Source of the DNA: Hypanus sabinus
Lineage: Eukaryota
NCBI RefSeq assembly: GCF_030144855.1
Contig: NC_082728.1
Location: forward strand, 19,282,001-19,346,000
Direction of reading: 5' to 3'
DNA length: 64,000 bases
The notes beneath the pieces are model-generated. The model searched no databases, had not been told where the DNA came from, and was given only the letters and a program-made list of their open reading frames with translations. Position numbers and translations under genes: made by a program. Each line of letters opens with the position of its first letter. Positions within the stretch are counted from its first letter, which is position 1. Shown here in pieces: positions 49,681-60,511 of this stretch.

Positions 49681-50349
49681 AAGCATTGAACCACCATGAA
49701 AACACTACTCATTAACTAGAAAGTTGGTAAATTGGTTTATTATTGTCACTTGTATCGAGGTTCACTGGAAAACTTGTCTTGCAGTATGACACAGATCAAA
49801 TCATTACAAAAGTGCATTGAGGTAAAAATATTAACAGAATGCAGAATACAGTGTTACAGTCTCAAAGAAACTACTATGCAGGTAGACAAGTTCATAATTT
49901 TGAGGTCAAAATTCCAGCATATCATACCAGGAAACCATAATAGTTAGGTCAAAGCTGTCCTTAATTCTGATCATATGTACTCTCAGAATTAGAAGTAATT
50001 TCATATTTTTACCATAGACTGAAGCTAATAGCATTACACTACCACCGAAAGCGATCTTCCTCCATATTCCAAAAAGGTACAGTGGGTGATTTTGGTTTCT
50101 AGAGATATGCTTTTCTTTGTGTAAAGCACTGGTCTAGGTATCAATACAAGCAGTGCCATCAAACATTGTCTGGTTACACCAGGCAAATTGACCGCAGAAA
50201 ATCCGGTTTAGAACTGATAGGGCCTTCACTGGTTTTTAATTAGTACCTAAACTAGTCTGAAGCTGAAGGTTAGCTGCAAAGCCATGTGCTGACAGTATTT
50301 CTCAAAGCAGCTCCTTTCACAAATGAGATGAGAGCTCTACTGGTATAAT

Positions 50350-51610
50350 GCTGTGTGAGAGATGTAATAGTGCAGTTCTGTGTAGAGAGATCGAATGGTG
50401 CAGTTCTGTGTAGAGAGATCGAATGGTGCAGTTCTGTGAGCGAGATCGAATGGTGCAGTTCTATGTAGAGAGATCGAATGGTGCAGTTCTGTGAGAGATC
50501 GAATGGTACAATTCTGTGAGAGAGGTCGAATGTGCAGTTTTGTGAGAGAGGTTGAAAGGTGGAGTTCTATAAGATAGATTGAATGGTCAGTTGTGTAGAA
50601 ATTGAATGGTGCAGTTCTGTGAGAGAGATCGAATGGTGCAGTTCTGTGAGAGAGATCGAATGGTGCAGTTCTGTGTAGAGAGATTGAATGGTGCAGTTCT
50701 GTGTAGAGAGATCGAATGGTGCAGTTCTGTGAGAGAGATCGAATGGTGCAGTTCTGTGTCGAGAGATCGAATGGTGCAGTTCTGTGTAGAGAGATCGAAT
50801 GGTGCAGTTCTGTGTAGAGAGATTGAATGGTGCAGTTCTGTGAGAGAGATCGAATGGTGCAGTTCTGTGTAGAGAGATCGAATGGTGCAGTTCTGTGTAG
50901 AGAGATTGAATGGTGCACTTCTGTGTAGAGAGATCGAATGGTGCAGTTCTGTGTAGAGAGATCGAATGGTGCAGTTCTGTGTAGAGAGATCGAATGGTGC
51001 AGTTCTGTGTAGAGAGATTGAATGGTGCAGTTCTATGTAGAGAGATCGAATGGTGCAGTTCTGTGTAGAGAGATCGAATGGTGCAGTTCTGTGTAGAGAG
51101 ATCGAATGGTGCAGTTCTGTGTAGAGAGATTGAATGGTGCAGTTCTGTGTAGAGAGATCGAATGGTGCAGTTCTGTGTAGAGAGATCGAATGGTGCAGTT
51201 CTGTGTAGAGAGATTGAATGGTGCAGTTCTGTGTAGAGAGATCGAATGGAGCAGTTCTGTGAGAGAGATCGAATGGTACAGTTCTGTGAGAGAGATCAAA
51301 TGGTGCAGTTCTGTGAGAGAGATTGAATGGTGCAGTTCTGTGTAGAGAGATCGAATGGTGCAGTTTTGTGAGAGAGATTGGTGCAGTTCTGTGAGAGAGA
51401 TCGAATGGTGCAGTTCTGTGAGAGAGATCAAATGGTGCAGTTCTGTGAGAGAGATCAAATGGTGCAGTTCTGTGAGAGAGATCGAATGGTGCAGTTTTGT
51501 GAGAGAAATCGAATGGTGCAGTTCTGTGAGAGAGATCAAATGGTGCAGTTCTGTGAGAGAGATCGAATGGTGCAGTTTTGTGAGTTTCGGTGGTGGAGCT
51601 CTGTGACAGA
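50350..51610. repeat. Minisatellite, 27/28-bp unit TCGAATGGTGCAGTTCTGTG(T)AGAGAGA, roughly 44 units
   Basis: Seen directly; 28-bp units dominate the centre, 27-bp units the right third, and both edges are degenerate. Confidence 0.97.
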
Positions 51611-51904
51611 AATCAACTGTTGTGGTTGTGTGTGATTCCAAAAAGTTAATTTCATCAATATCTTCCACCAGATGGGGTTCCAATAACCTCTTTCACCCTG
51701 CTTACCTACCTCATCTCCTAGAGGCTCTCACTTCCTTTAACCCTCACTTTACTCGTCTACCTGCACTGATTCTCTCTGTGGTAAATCCCTCATTTCCATG
51801 AGGCACCTAGTGATGTTTTACTATGCTAAAGGCACTAAACCTGTAAAAAAAAACGTGTGCACACCGGTTCTGAATTCTAACCAAATGTACTGCAGATTCA
51901 CGTC

Positions 51905-52340
51905 AGACATAATGCCTGGATGAGAGGGCGTGTGCTGTAATGAAAGGGTGGACAAACTTGAGTTGTTTTCTCTGGAGTGGTGGAGGCTGAGCGGAGTTCT
52001 GATAGAGGTTTATATGATTATGAGAGGCAGACAAAATCTTTTTCCAAGGGTTGAAATGTCTAATCTCAGAGAGCATGCATTTAAGATGAGAGGGGTCAAT
52101 TTCAACAGAGATGTGAGAGCAAGTTTTTTTTAACACAGAGTAATGGGTGCCTGGAATGTGCTGCCTGGGGTGGCAGAAACATTACAGTCTTAAGACACAT
52201 GAATCTGAGGAAAATGGAAAGATATGACATTGTGTAGGCAGAAGATATTAGTTAGTCTTTTGATTACTAATTTAGTTGATTTGACCCAGCATTGTGGGAT
52301 AAAAGAAACATTCCTGTGCAGTATTTTTCTATGTTTTATC
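51905..52340 (+). mobile_element. CR1-type LINE 3' fragment
   Basis: ERVDKLELFSLEWWRLSGVLIEVYMIMRG. Confidence 0.85.
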
Positions 52341-52464
52341 TTCTATAAGCAGTTCGAACAAAGGTTCTGGAGTATATTAAGAATTCCTTGCAAACTTCTG
52401 AAAATCTCTATGAACTCTGTCACAACTTCAGGAGCCTTTAGTTATTCAATTATTCAGTACTTCG

Positions 52465-53415
52465 CCTGAATTGGCTAGCCCACAGAAGGCAGAGGGTGGC
52501 AGTGGATGGAGGTCGGTGACTAATGGTGTTCCACAGGGATCTGTTCTGGAACCTCTACTCTTTGTGATTATTACAAATGTCTTAGAGGAGGAAGTGGAAG
52601 GTTGGTGATGTTGTGGATAGTGTAGGATATTGTCAGAGGTTACAATAGGATATCGACAGGATGCAGAGGGGGTGGAAAAGTAGCAGATGGAGTTCAGTCT
52701 GAAAAAGTGTGAAGAGATACCCTTTAAAAGATTGAACTTGAAGACAGAGGACAAGGTTAATGGCTGGACTCTTAGCAGTGTAGGGGAATAGAGAGATCTT
52801 GAGGTCCAAATCCACAGAACCTTCAAAGTTACACAGATTAAGAGGGAGGTTAAGAAGGCATATATATTTTGGTCCTTGTTAGTCAGGAAAATTAAGTTCA
52901 AGTGCCACGAATTAATGTTGCAGCTCTGTAAAACTTGGGTTAGCCCACGCTTGAGTTCTGGTCACCTCAGGTATGTGAGCGCTTTAGTGAGAGAGCAGGG
53001 GAGATTTACTAGGATGCTGCCTGGGTTAGAGAACATGTCTTATGAGGAAAAGTTGAGCAAGTGAGGGCTATTCTCTGTGGAGTGAAGAAAGATGAGTGAT
53101 ATCTTGATAGAGGTGTATACAATTATGAGAGGTATAGATAGAGTAAACAGACAGTGCCTTTTTCCCAGTGTGGTAAGAGCCAATACCAAAGAACATCTGT
53201 TTAAGGTAAGTGGAGAAATGTTCAGGGAAAACGTCAGGGGTGGACTTTCTTACACAGAATGGTGGGTGCCCGGGACAGAATATCAGGGAATGGTGATAGA
53301 GGCCGACATTCTTACACAGGCATAGGTCTTTTTAAAAGACTCCTACATAGGCTTATGAATGTAAGAAAAATGGAGCATTATGGGCTATGCAGGAGGGAAG
53401 AGACAGATTGATTCA
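52465..53415 (+). mobile_element. CR1-type LINE RT-to-3' fragment
   Basis: WRSVTNGVPQGSVLEPLLFVI, RFTRMLPGLENMSYEEKL, LIEVYTIMRGIDRV. Confidence 0.9.
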
Positions 53416-53680
53416 AAATTCAAAAGTATCTGTTGGCGTCCTTCAGGATACAAGTGTAAAGGAGAACGTGATGATTGTTACTCTGGCTCCAATACAACAT
53501 GAAAAAGCACAATAAGCATAGAAACATAAATATAAACATAAAAGCAGTCCTATAAAACACAATGTACAAGTAATTGTTGAGTGTGGCTGTATATACATAA
53601 GATTAGCTTATTTAATTAGATTGATACTATGTACATAAAGTGACACTAGATTCAGGATTATCTCAACATAAGGTGACTCA
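53415..53680 (-). mobile_element. Rex1-type 3' UTR
   Basis: gattgttactctggctcc..cataagattagcttat..cataaagtgacactag; same family as 62640-63090. Confidence 0.65.
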
Positions 53681-54760
53681 GACAAAAAAAATGATAAAGT
53701 CGTTCGGGCATATTTTGGAGTTAGGGTATATAGCAAATATTGAGTTCACCAGCAACCAGTATTCAGACATGAACGCAGCGTTTAGACTGAACTTAAAATT
53801 CAGCCCTGAACAATAGTTTTCCCTGGATCTATGGACTGGAGTTGATTGCAAACTAAACAACGCAGATCAACATTAATTTTAGGTGTCTAGAGTGCGGGTG
53901 TGTAGAAGGAGGTGTTTGAAAACTATACGTAATCCAAAGGAAGCATTGTATATACATTGTAACTATAGATATGTCCTGCTGTTACCTTTGACTATTAGCA
54001 CATAGAAGTGTCATATAACATTAGGTCGGGAGGCCTCTTCCTCCAAAACTGTCTCAATATGATACCTGCTGCTTGGTTTTGTTGAATAAAACACTTCTAT
54101 ATCCACTAGCTTCAGTGTCTCCCCTGTGACATTGTTCAAGTTACAACAAAGTGACAAAGTGACTTTTGGCAAGAGGAACTCTTCTAGGTAGCAGTGGGCA
54201 TATGAAAACACAGTGGGACAGTGACTGTGTCAGAGTAGGTAGGAGGTGTTGAGTATATAAGTGTAAAGTGCCAGTGCATGTGGTGATGAAGGGTTATATG
54301 GGACTTTATATGATGCAAATCTTAAGGATCAAGAGAAAAATCATAAAGCGACAACCAATAATACATATCTTGCTGGAGTGCATTCTTTAATTCTGGCAAA
54401 TGGCACCTTACTTAGTTTCTGTTTATGTTGTATCTGTCCATTTCTGTGGATATGTCAAGCCATTGTCTAATCATTAATGAGAAATTTCATTTTGGAATTG
54501 CTGTTCTTTTTTACCACCAGCAGCAGCAAGCCTGCTATTGAAAATGTGCTTCAGAATGTTGATATGTAAACTTTTGTTCTGTGGTTTCCAATTGTAATTT
54601 TTCACGTTCCGTTGGGCTACTGCTCAACTGCCACTGTTTAGGCTCGTGTGTTCATTTCAGTCTTTGTTATGTGCGACTGTATGTCCTCCCTGTGTAATGC
54701 GTGGGTTTTCTCTGGGTGCTCCAGTTTCTTCCCGCAGTCCAAAGACATACCAGGTAGGTT

Positions 54761-54985
54761 CACACAAAGTACACTGCAGATGCTGTGGTCAAATCAACAC
54801 GTACAAACAAGCTGGATGAACTCAGCAGGTCGGGCAGCATCTGCTGAAATGAGCAGTCAACGTTTCGGGCCGAGACCCCTCATCAAGACTCAGTCTGTAA
54901 CTTTACTGTAACTTTAAGTTTACTGCTGCTGTAAAATCATTTCAACGGACTCTGCCCAACCTGCTGAGTTCATCTAGCTTGTTTG
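54761..54985 (-). mobile_element. Palindromic non-coding Penelope-derived mini-element containing a hammerhead ribozyme
   Basis: Inverted arms at about 54801-54852 and 54937-54988; 13-bp TSD TACCAGGTAGGTT (54748-54760) / TACCAGCTAGGTT (54986-54998). Confidence 0.85.
54854..54891 (-). ncRNA. Minimal type I hammerhead ribozyme motif (best-preserved copy in the window)
   Basis: Minus strand GAGUC-UUGAUGA-GGGGUCUCGGCCC-GAAA-CGUU-GACUG: stem I AGUC/GACU, near-canonical core boxes, stem II GGGU/GCCC, palindromic ACGU stem III, cleavage triplet GUU. Confidence 0.75.
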
Positions 54986-55014
54986 TACCAGCTAGGTTAT
55001 TGGCCATTGTAAAT

Positions 55015-55092
55015 CAGGGGGCCCCAATCTTTTTATGTCATGGACCAATAACATGAAGCAAGGGTCTGTGGATCCCAGGTTGAGAACTCTTG
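55015..55092. mobile_element. 78-bp hAT (Charlie-like) MITE
   Basis: Perfect 8-bp TSD TTGTAAAT (55007-55014, 55093-55100); imperfect TIRs CAGGGGGCCCCAATC / GGTTGAGAACTCTTG. Confidence 0.85.
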
Positions 55093-55689
55093 TTGTAAAT
55101 TATCTTGTGATTAGGTTAGGGTTAATTCGGGGTTGTCGGAGGTTGCTGGGCAGCATGGCTTGAGGGCCAGAAGGGCCTATTCTACATTGTATCTCTAAAT
55201 AAAATAAAGTCGAAGTATCTCGCTCTTCTGAGTGACAAACATATGCCAATTACAACAGTAGCTTCAACAGATTTTTCATGCACTGATATTTACAGGATCT
55301 AGATTCAGTGCTGTAGTTTACATTATTAGTTCCATGTTTCTAGTTGTATTTCACATTAGCCAGAACTCATTTACATTTTTTAGTATTCATTTCCATAATA
55401 AGCTATCAGGCATTCTCACTTGATTATTAAATCTTGAGTGTTGTATAACTGATTAGGTTATACTTAATTCAATGCAAATACTCTACATGCAGTCCAGAAA
55501 TACACCAATGTCGTATTATCCAGACAGATCTTTTGCAGCAACTTTATATTCACTAATTGTTTCTTCCAACTTCTAGTTTCCCCTTCAACCATTCAATTCC
55601 TGAACCAACTGGCAAAACTCTAAATCACTAGTTTAACAGCATGATGACCGTTTTAACCACTTTGCCCCAAAGTTGATACTTCTTTTGTT

Positions 55690-56190
55690 CTGAGAAGGTG
55701 GCATCCATCATTAAGAAAGTGCTCGATCCCGGACATGCCCTCTTCTCATCACTACCATCCAGGAGGAGATCCAGGAGTCTGAAGACACACACTCAACATT
55801 TTAGGAAAAGCTTCTTCTGCTCTACCACCGGAATTCTTAACAGACCATGAATCAATGGTCTCTTCTCACAGCTGCCTTCAGGATGAAGGTACAGGAGCCA
55901 CAGGACTCAAACCACCAGGCTGAGGAATATTTATTACCCCTCAACCATCAGGCTCTTGAACCAGAGTGGAAAACTTCACTCAACTTCACTTGCCCCATCA
56001 TTAAAATTGTCCCACAACCTTCTGGGCTCACTTTGAGGACTCTTCATCTCATGTTCTTGATATTTATTGTTTATTATTATTATTGTATTTGCAGTTTGTT
56101 GTCTTTTGCACACTGGTATGTCAAAGTCTGTGTGGTCTTTCATTGATTCTATTGTGGTTATAATTCTATTATGGATTATGCCCACAAGAA
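55690..56190 (+). mobile_element. Two tandem Rex1-type 3' fragments
   Basis: KVASIIKK..PGHALFSSLPSRRRSRSLKTHTQHFRKSFF, followed by a second LFSQLPSG.RYRS segment and UTR. Confidence 0.8.
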
Positions 56191-56267
56191 ATGTGGACTG
56201 GTTCCAGGGAGAACAGGTTTGCTGCGTAAAGAAAGTTTGTAAAGACTAGCCAGTATCCTCTTGCAAA

Positions 56268-56640
56268 GGTCAAAGCTCGAAGTAAAATTTATTATCAGAG
56301 TACATAGATGTCATCTCATGCAACCCTGAGATTCTTTTTCCTGCGGGCATACTTAGCAAATCTACAGAACAGTAACTGTAAACTGTAAACAAACTGTGCA
56401 AATGCAGATATAGATAAATAGCAATAAATAACGAGCATAAAATTATATATTAGAGTCCTTAAATGAGTGTAGCTGACCCTTTTTGTTCAAAAGCTGGTTG
56501 GTTGAGGAACAGTAACTGCTCTTGAACCTGGTGTTGCGAGTCCTGAGGCACCTGTACTTTCTATCTGATGGCAGCAGCGAGAAAAGAGCATGGCCTGGGT
56601 GGTGAGGGTATTTGATGATGAATGCTGCATTTCCAAGCCA
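56268..56640 (-). mobile_element. Rex1-type 3' fragment
   Basis: Reverse of AAFIIKYPHHPGHALFSLLPSDRKYRCLRTRNTRFKSSY. Confidence 0.85.
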
Positions 56641-56811
56641 TTGAGAAGAATGAGAGGAGATTTTTGACAGGCTGGATTCTAGATGAATTTTTCCCCTTGC
56701 TGAGAAATTTAGAAATAAACCCAGAGTCTTGGAAAATGGGATTGGCCATTTCAGAGAATTACATCACACATAATATGTTCAATTATTGGAGTTGTGGAGG
56801 CTCAGGGAGAT

Positions 56812-57560
56812 GGAGATTGTTTTGAGGAGGAAGAGGTCTGTGATGAGTCCTGTGTACATTCTGGGGGAAGAAGTTGCAGTGGTGGAGGTGTACAAATACT
56901 TGGATGTCCACCTCAACATCAGACTTGATTGGAAATCCAACACCAAGCCTGTTTACAAGAAGGGAATGAGCAGACTCTATTTGCTAAGGGAGCTGAGATC
57001 CTTCAGTGCATACAGCAGGATGTTGAAGAACTTTTAGCAGTCTGTTGTAGCGACTGCAGTCGGCGGCTTTATGTTAGGGGAGCAGCATCGACGCTAGCGA
57101 TGCAAAAGATCTAAATAAACTCATCAAGAAGCCTGAATTCACCCTTGGCTACAACCCGGACTCGTTTGAGTTAGTGGTGGAGAGGAGGTCGCTAAACAAA
57201 CTGTAATCCATTGTGGACAACCTGGCACATCCTCTCCATGACCTACTGAGTAAGCAGCGGAGCCCCATGTCGAATAGACTCACTGAGCTCTGCTGTCACA
57301 AGGATCGTTACAGAAAACCTTTCCTACCAAATGTAGCAAGCATATACAACAGTTCATCTCTGTGTGACAGGAGAACACACTTCACAGTACAATAGTCTCT
57401 ATTTTATTATTTTGTACATTATTATTGCACATTGGTACATTATTACTTTGTGTATTATTATTCTGTATTTGATTATTAGTTAAGTCTGCACACTGCTAAA
57501 TGTGTTTTGAAATGTTGCTTCTGGAATGAAAGAATTTCCCACTTGTGATCAATAAAGCAC
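56812..57560 (+). mobile_element. Rex1/Babar LINE 3' fragment (distinct subfamily)
   Basis: PVYILGEEVAVVEVYKYLDVHLNIRLDWKSNT..KKGMSRLYLLRELRSF; DNLAHPLHDLL..CHKDRYRKPFLP. Confidence 0.9.
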
Positions 57561-58189
57561 TTATTATTATTATGATTATTATTGTTGTTGTTACTATTAA
57601 GTTCATTCAGAGCAGAGATGGACAGATTTCCAAATATATTTGCATAATGTAAGCCAATAGCATTGCAATAGATCACCATGGTCTTGATGATTAACAGAGC
57701 AGTTTCAAGGGGCCGGATGACTTAACTCTGCTCCTAATTCCCATGTTTTTATCATGAGATATTAAATAAAGCAGCATGACACACCCAGCTCAAATATATT
57801 AATGCAGCCCTCAAACTCAGAAAAGCAGATTAGCCCAAAAAAGGTGCAAATGACATCCTTAATGCAAAACAGATTTACTTGGCGTTGGACCCTGTTCACC
57901 CAACATTTACCAAAAGGACATGAGCAACTGCTTCATTATCAGTTAAAATGACTGAGCACGCACGGCAAAACTCCCTGGATTTTAGCTATCTTGTTTTTGT
58001 CTTGGTGGCATCAGAGTTAACATGATGCAAGTAGTTGGCTCAACACTGCCAAAGACTGAACTGCCCTCCATTTGATACTCTCCCTCTTTGCACGAGTTCC
58101 AAGAAGATCTGGATTGTTGTCCAGTTTATGCTTATTTAAGGAAGAAGTAATAAATTATTTGTCTGGCAACTGAGCTTCAGCTATTTATA

Positions 58190-58450
58190 AACACAAGAGG
58201 TTCTGCAGATGCTGGAAATGCAGAGTAACACATACAGTATGAATGCTGGAGGAGCTCAGCATGTCAGGCAGCATCTATGGATTGAAATCAAAGCTGACAC
58301 TTTGGATGTAGGCCTTTCATTGGGACCCAGGATTCATCAGGAATCAGGACTGTTTCATCAGGATGAAGGTGCTTGATCCCAGCCCAAAATGTTGACTCTA
58401 CTTCTCTCCATAGATGTCGCCTGACCTGCTGAGTTCCTCCAGCATTTTGT
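58190..58450. mobile_element. Palindromic Penelope-derived mini-element
   Basis: aatgctggaggagctcagcatgtcaggcagcatctatgga pairs with tccatagatgtcgcctgacctgctgagttcctccagcatt; the centre holds repeated reverse CCTGATGAA. Confidence 0.8.
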
Positions 58451-58454
58451 TACA

Positions 58455-58725
58455 TGGTCACGGTCGCCAAAGCTAGCGCAACACCATTACTTCTCAGGGT
58501 GTCTGAGTTCAGAGTTCAATGCCGGTGCCTCTGTAAGGACACTGTATGTCCTTCCCCTAAAATGTGTGTTCTGTTTTCCTCCCAGAGTCCACAGGTTAAA
58601 TGGCCATTAGAAATTGTCCCCTGATTAGATTGGGGTTAAGTCAGGGTAGTCAGGGGTTGTGGGACAGTGAGGCTTGAAGGACCGGAAATGCTTGCAACAC
58701 GCTGTATCTCTAAATAAATAAATAT
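58455..58725 (+). mobile_element. V-SINE (partly deleted)
   Basis: tRNA-like head with gagttcaatgcc; tail gaaggaccggaaatgcttg..gtatctc(taaa)n. Confidence 0.75.
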
Positions 58726-58779
58726 AATCACTTAGCCAAGAGAGAAAAAGAACTTAAATTTAATCCTCATCTTCCAAGG

Positions 58780-59118
58780 CATCAAAAAGTGCTTTAATCC
58801 CAGGAAGATCTGTGAACTGTAGTCATTGCTGATGTAAGAATCGTAGCTGGTACACAGCAACCTTCCACAAGCAGAAAGCTTAATGGTGTTAGAGCTGGCT
58901 GTAAGTATCTCTCAAGACACTGGGGAGAACCCACCTAATTTATGTGATATCCACTACGAGGGCTGAGACATATTTGTTCAACCCAACACCAATCCAGAAT
59001 ACAGAATGTCTTCACCATGGAATGGAGATGTCTGACTAGAATGGGCTTGAGTATCCAGAGCATGGGCTGTAACCACAACGATCCGACTCAGAGTCCGGAG
59101 AGCTACAAACCGAGCTAT
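58780..59118 (-). mobile_element. Ancient Deu-domain-type SINE relic (near full length)
   Basis: caagacactggggagaac (Deu body, reverse) and reverse tRNA-like head aaccacaacgatccgactcagag..gctacaaaccgagcta. Confidence 0.55.
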
Positions 59119-59224
59119 ACGTCGCTAGGCAATGAACCTTTCCATGAAATCAGATCTCAAAACAGAATGAGCAGTGGTGAGGGGCAGTGAGTGAGCGGGC
59201 AACCATGAAGAAGTTTGTCTGAGA

Positions 59225-60178
59225 GTGGTCCTCACCGACCACCCCACCGGTCTCTGTGTCCAGCACATAATTCTCCATAATTTCCGCTTTTCAAATGGGA
59301 TCCCGCCACCAAGCACATCTTTCCCTCCTCCCCACTTTCTGCAGGGATCGCTCCCTATGTGACCACCCCCCACCCCTCCGTCCATTTGCTCCTCCCCACT
59401 GATCTTCCTCCTGGCACTTACCCTTGCAAGCGGAACAAATGCTACACCTGTCCCTACACCTCCTCTCTCACTACCATGCAGGGCCCCAGACAATTCTTCC
59501 AGGTGAGGTGACACTTCATCTGAGTCTGAGTTGGGGTCATCTACTGTATCCTGTGCTCCTCGTGTGGCCTCCCGTATATTGGCGAAATTTCACATAGATT
59601 AGGAGACCACTTCACCCACCAGAAAACACGAGTGGCCTTCCATTTTAATTCCACGTCCTGTTCCTATTCCGACATGTCAGTCCATGGCCTCCTCTACTAT
59701 TGCGATGGGGGCACACTCAGATTGGAGAAGAAGCACTTTATATTCCATCTGAAAAGCCTCCAAACTGATGGCATGAATATCAATTTCTTAAACTTTTGAT
59801 AATGACCCACCCCCCTTCACCATACCCCATTCCTATTTTCCTCTCTCGCCTTATCTCCTCACCTGTCCACCACCTCCCTCGAGAGCTCCCTTCCCCTTTT
59901 CTTTCTTCTATGGCCTTCTGTCCTCTCCCATCAGATTCCCTCTTCTCCAGTTTTGTATATCTTTTTTACCAGTCAACTTCCCAGCACTTTAGTTCACCAT
60001 TCCCCTCCGGTTTTCACCAAACACCTCGTGTTTCTCCCTCACCTTCTTACTCTGACTCCTCATCTTTTTTCCCTCCAGACCTGATGAAAGGTCTCGGCCC
60101 AAAGCATCGACTGTTCACTCTTTTCCACAGACTCTGCCTGGCCTGCTGAATTCCTCTAGCATTTTGTGTGTGTTGACT
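59225..60178 (+). mobile_element. Penelope-like element 3' part: Cys-rich linker, GIY-YIG endonuclease remnant, pyrimidine tract, hammerhead, tail
   Basis: PGTYPCKRNKCYTCPYT (from 59410) and GVIYCILCSSCGLPYIGEISHRLGDHF (from 59533); CAGAC-CTGATGA-AAGGTCTCGGCCC-AAAG-CATC-GACTG at 60076-60113. Confidence 0.92.
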
Positions 60179-60439
60179 GAGAGTGACCTGGAGTGTGACT
60201 GGAAATCACCAATCGTCAATATACAGCAAGAATGATGAACAAAGTGGAACTGTGGTGCCATCCCAGGCTCACCAGCTTGTACTCTCACAGTGTAAAATAG
60301 GTCTCTGTTTGGCTCACTTATTTGAACAAACTTAATCCAACATTTCTTTACCACCTACCACAACAATGAAATGGCAAATATTGACGATAGACTAAAACCA
60401 GTCCTGTACTTAATCCTCCACCTAATTTATACTTATATT

Positions 60440-60511
60440 TAGGCTTCTTTCCCTTCCTTTCCAATTCTGATGAAGGGTCTCAGCCCAAATATCCACTGTT
60501 TATTCATTTCC
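60440..60511 (+). mobile_element. Penelope-like hammerhead region (tail resumes at about 61300-61400 after the L1 insertion)
   Basis: CAATT-CTGATGA-AGGGTCTCAGCCC-AAA-TATC-CACTG at 60462-60498. Confidence 0.75.

Larger units (their letters stand above)
54675..55208 (+). mobile_element. V-SINE carrying two nested insertions
   Basis: V domain gcgtgggttttctctgggtgctccagtttcttcccgcagtccaaagac; it resumes after the inserts and ends gaagggcctattctacattgtatctctaaataaaataa. Confidence 0.85.

Noticed and set aside
50350-51610. CRISPR-like array
   Set aside because: Units are head-to-tail with no unique spacers, there are no cas genes, and the context is vertebrate.
50337-51683. Longest ORFs in the window (193 and 216 aa) and overlapping + strand ORFs
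   Set aside because: They are translations of the 27/28-bp minisatellite; repetitive ORFs occur on both strands and switch peptide wherever the unit length changes.
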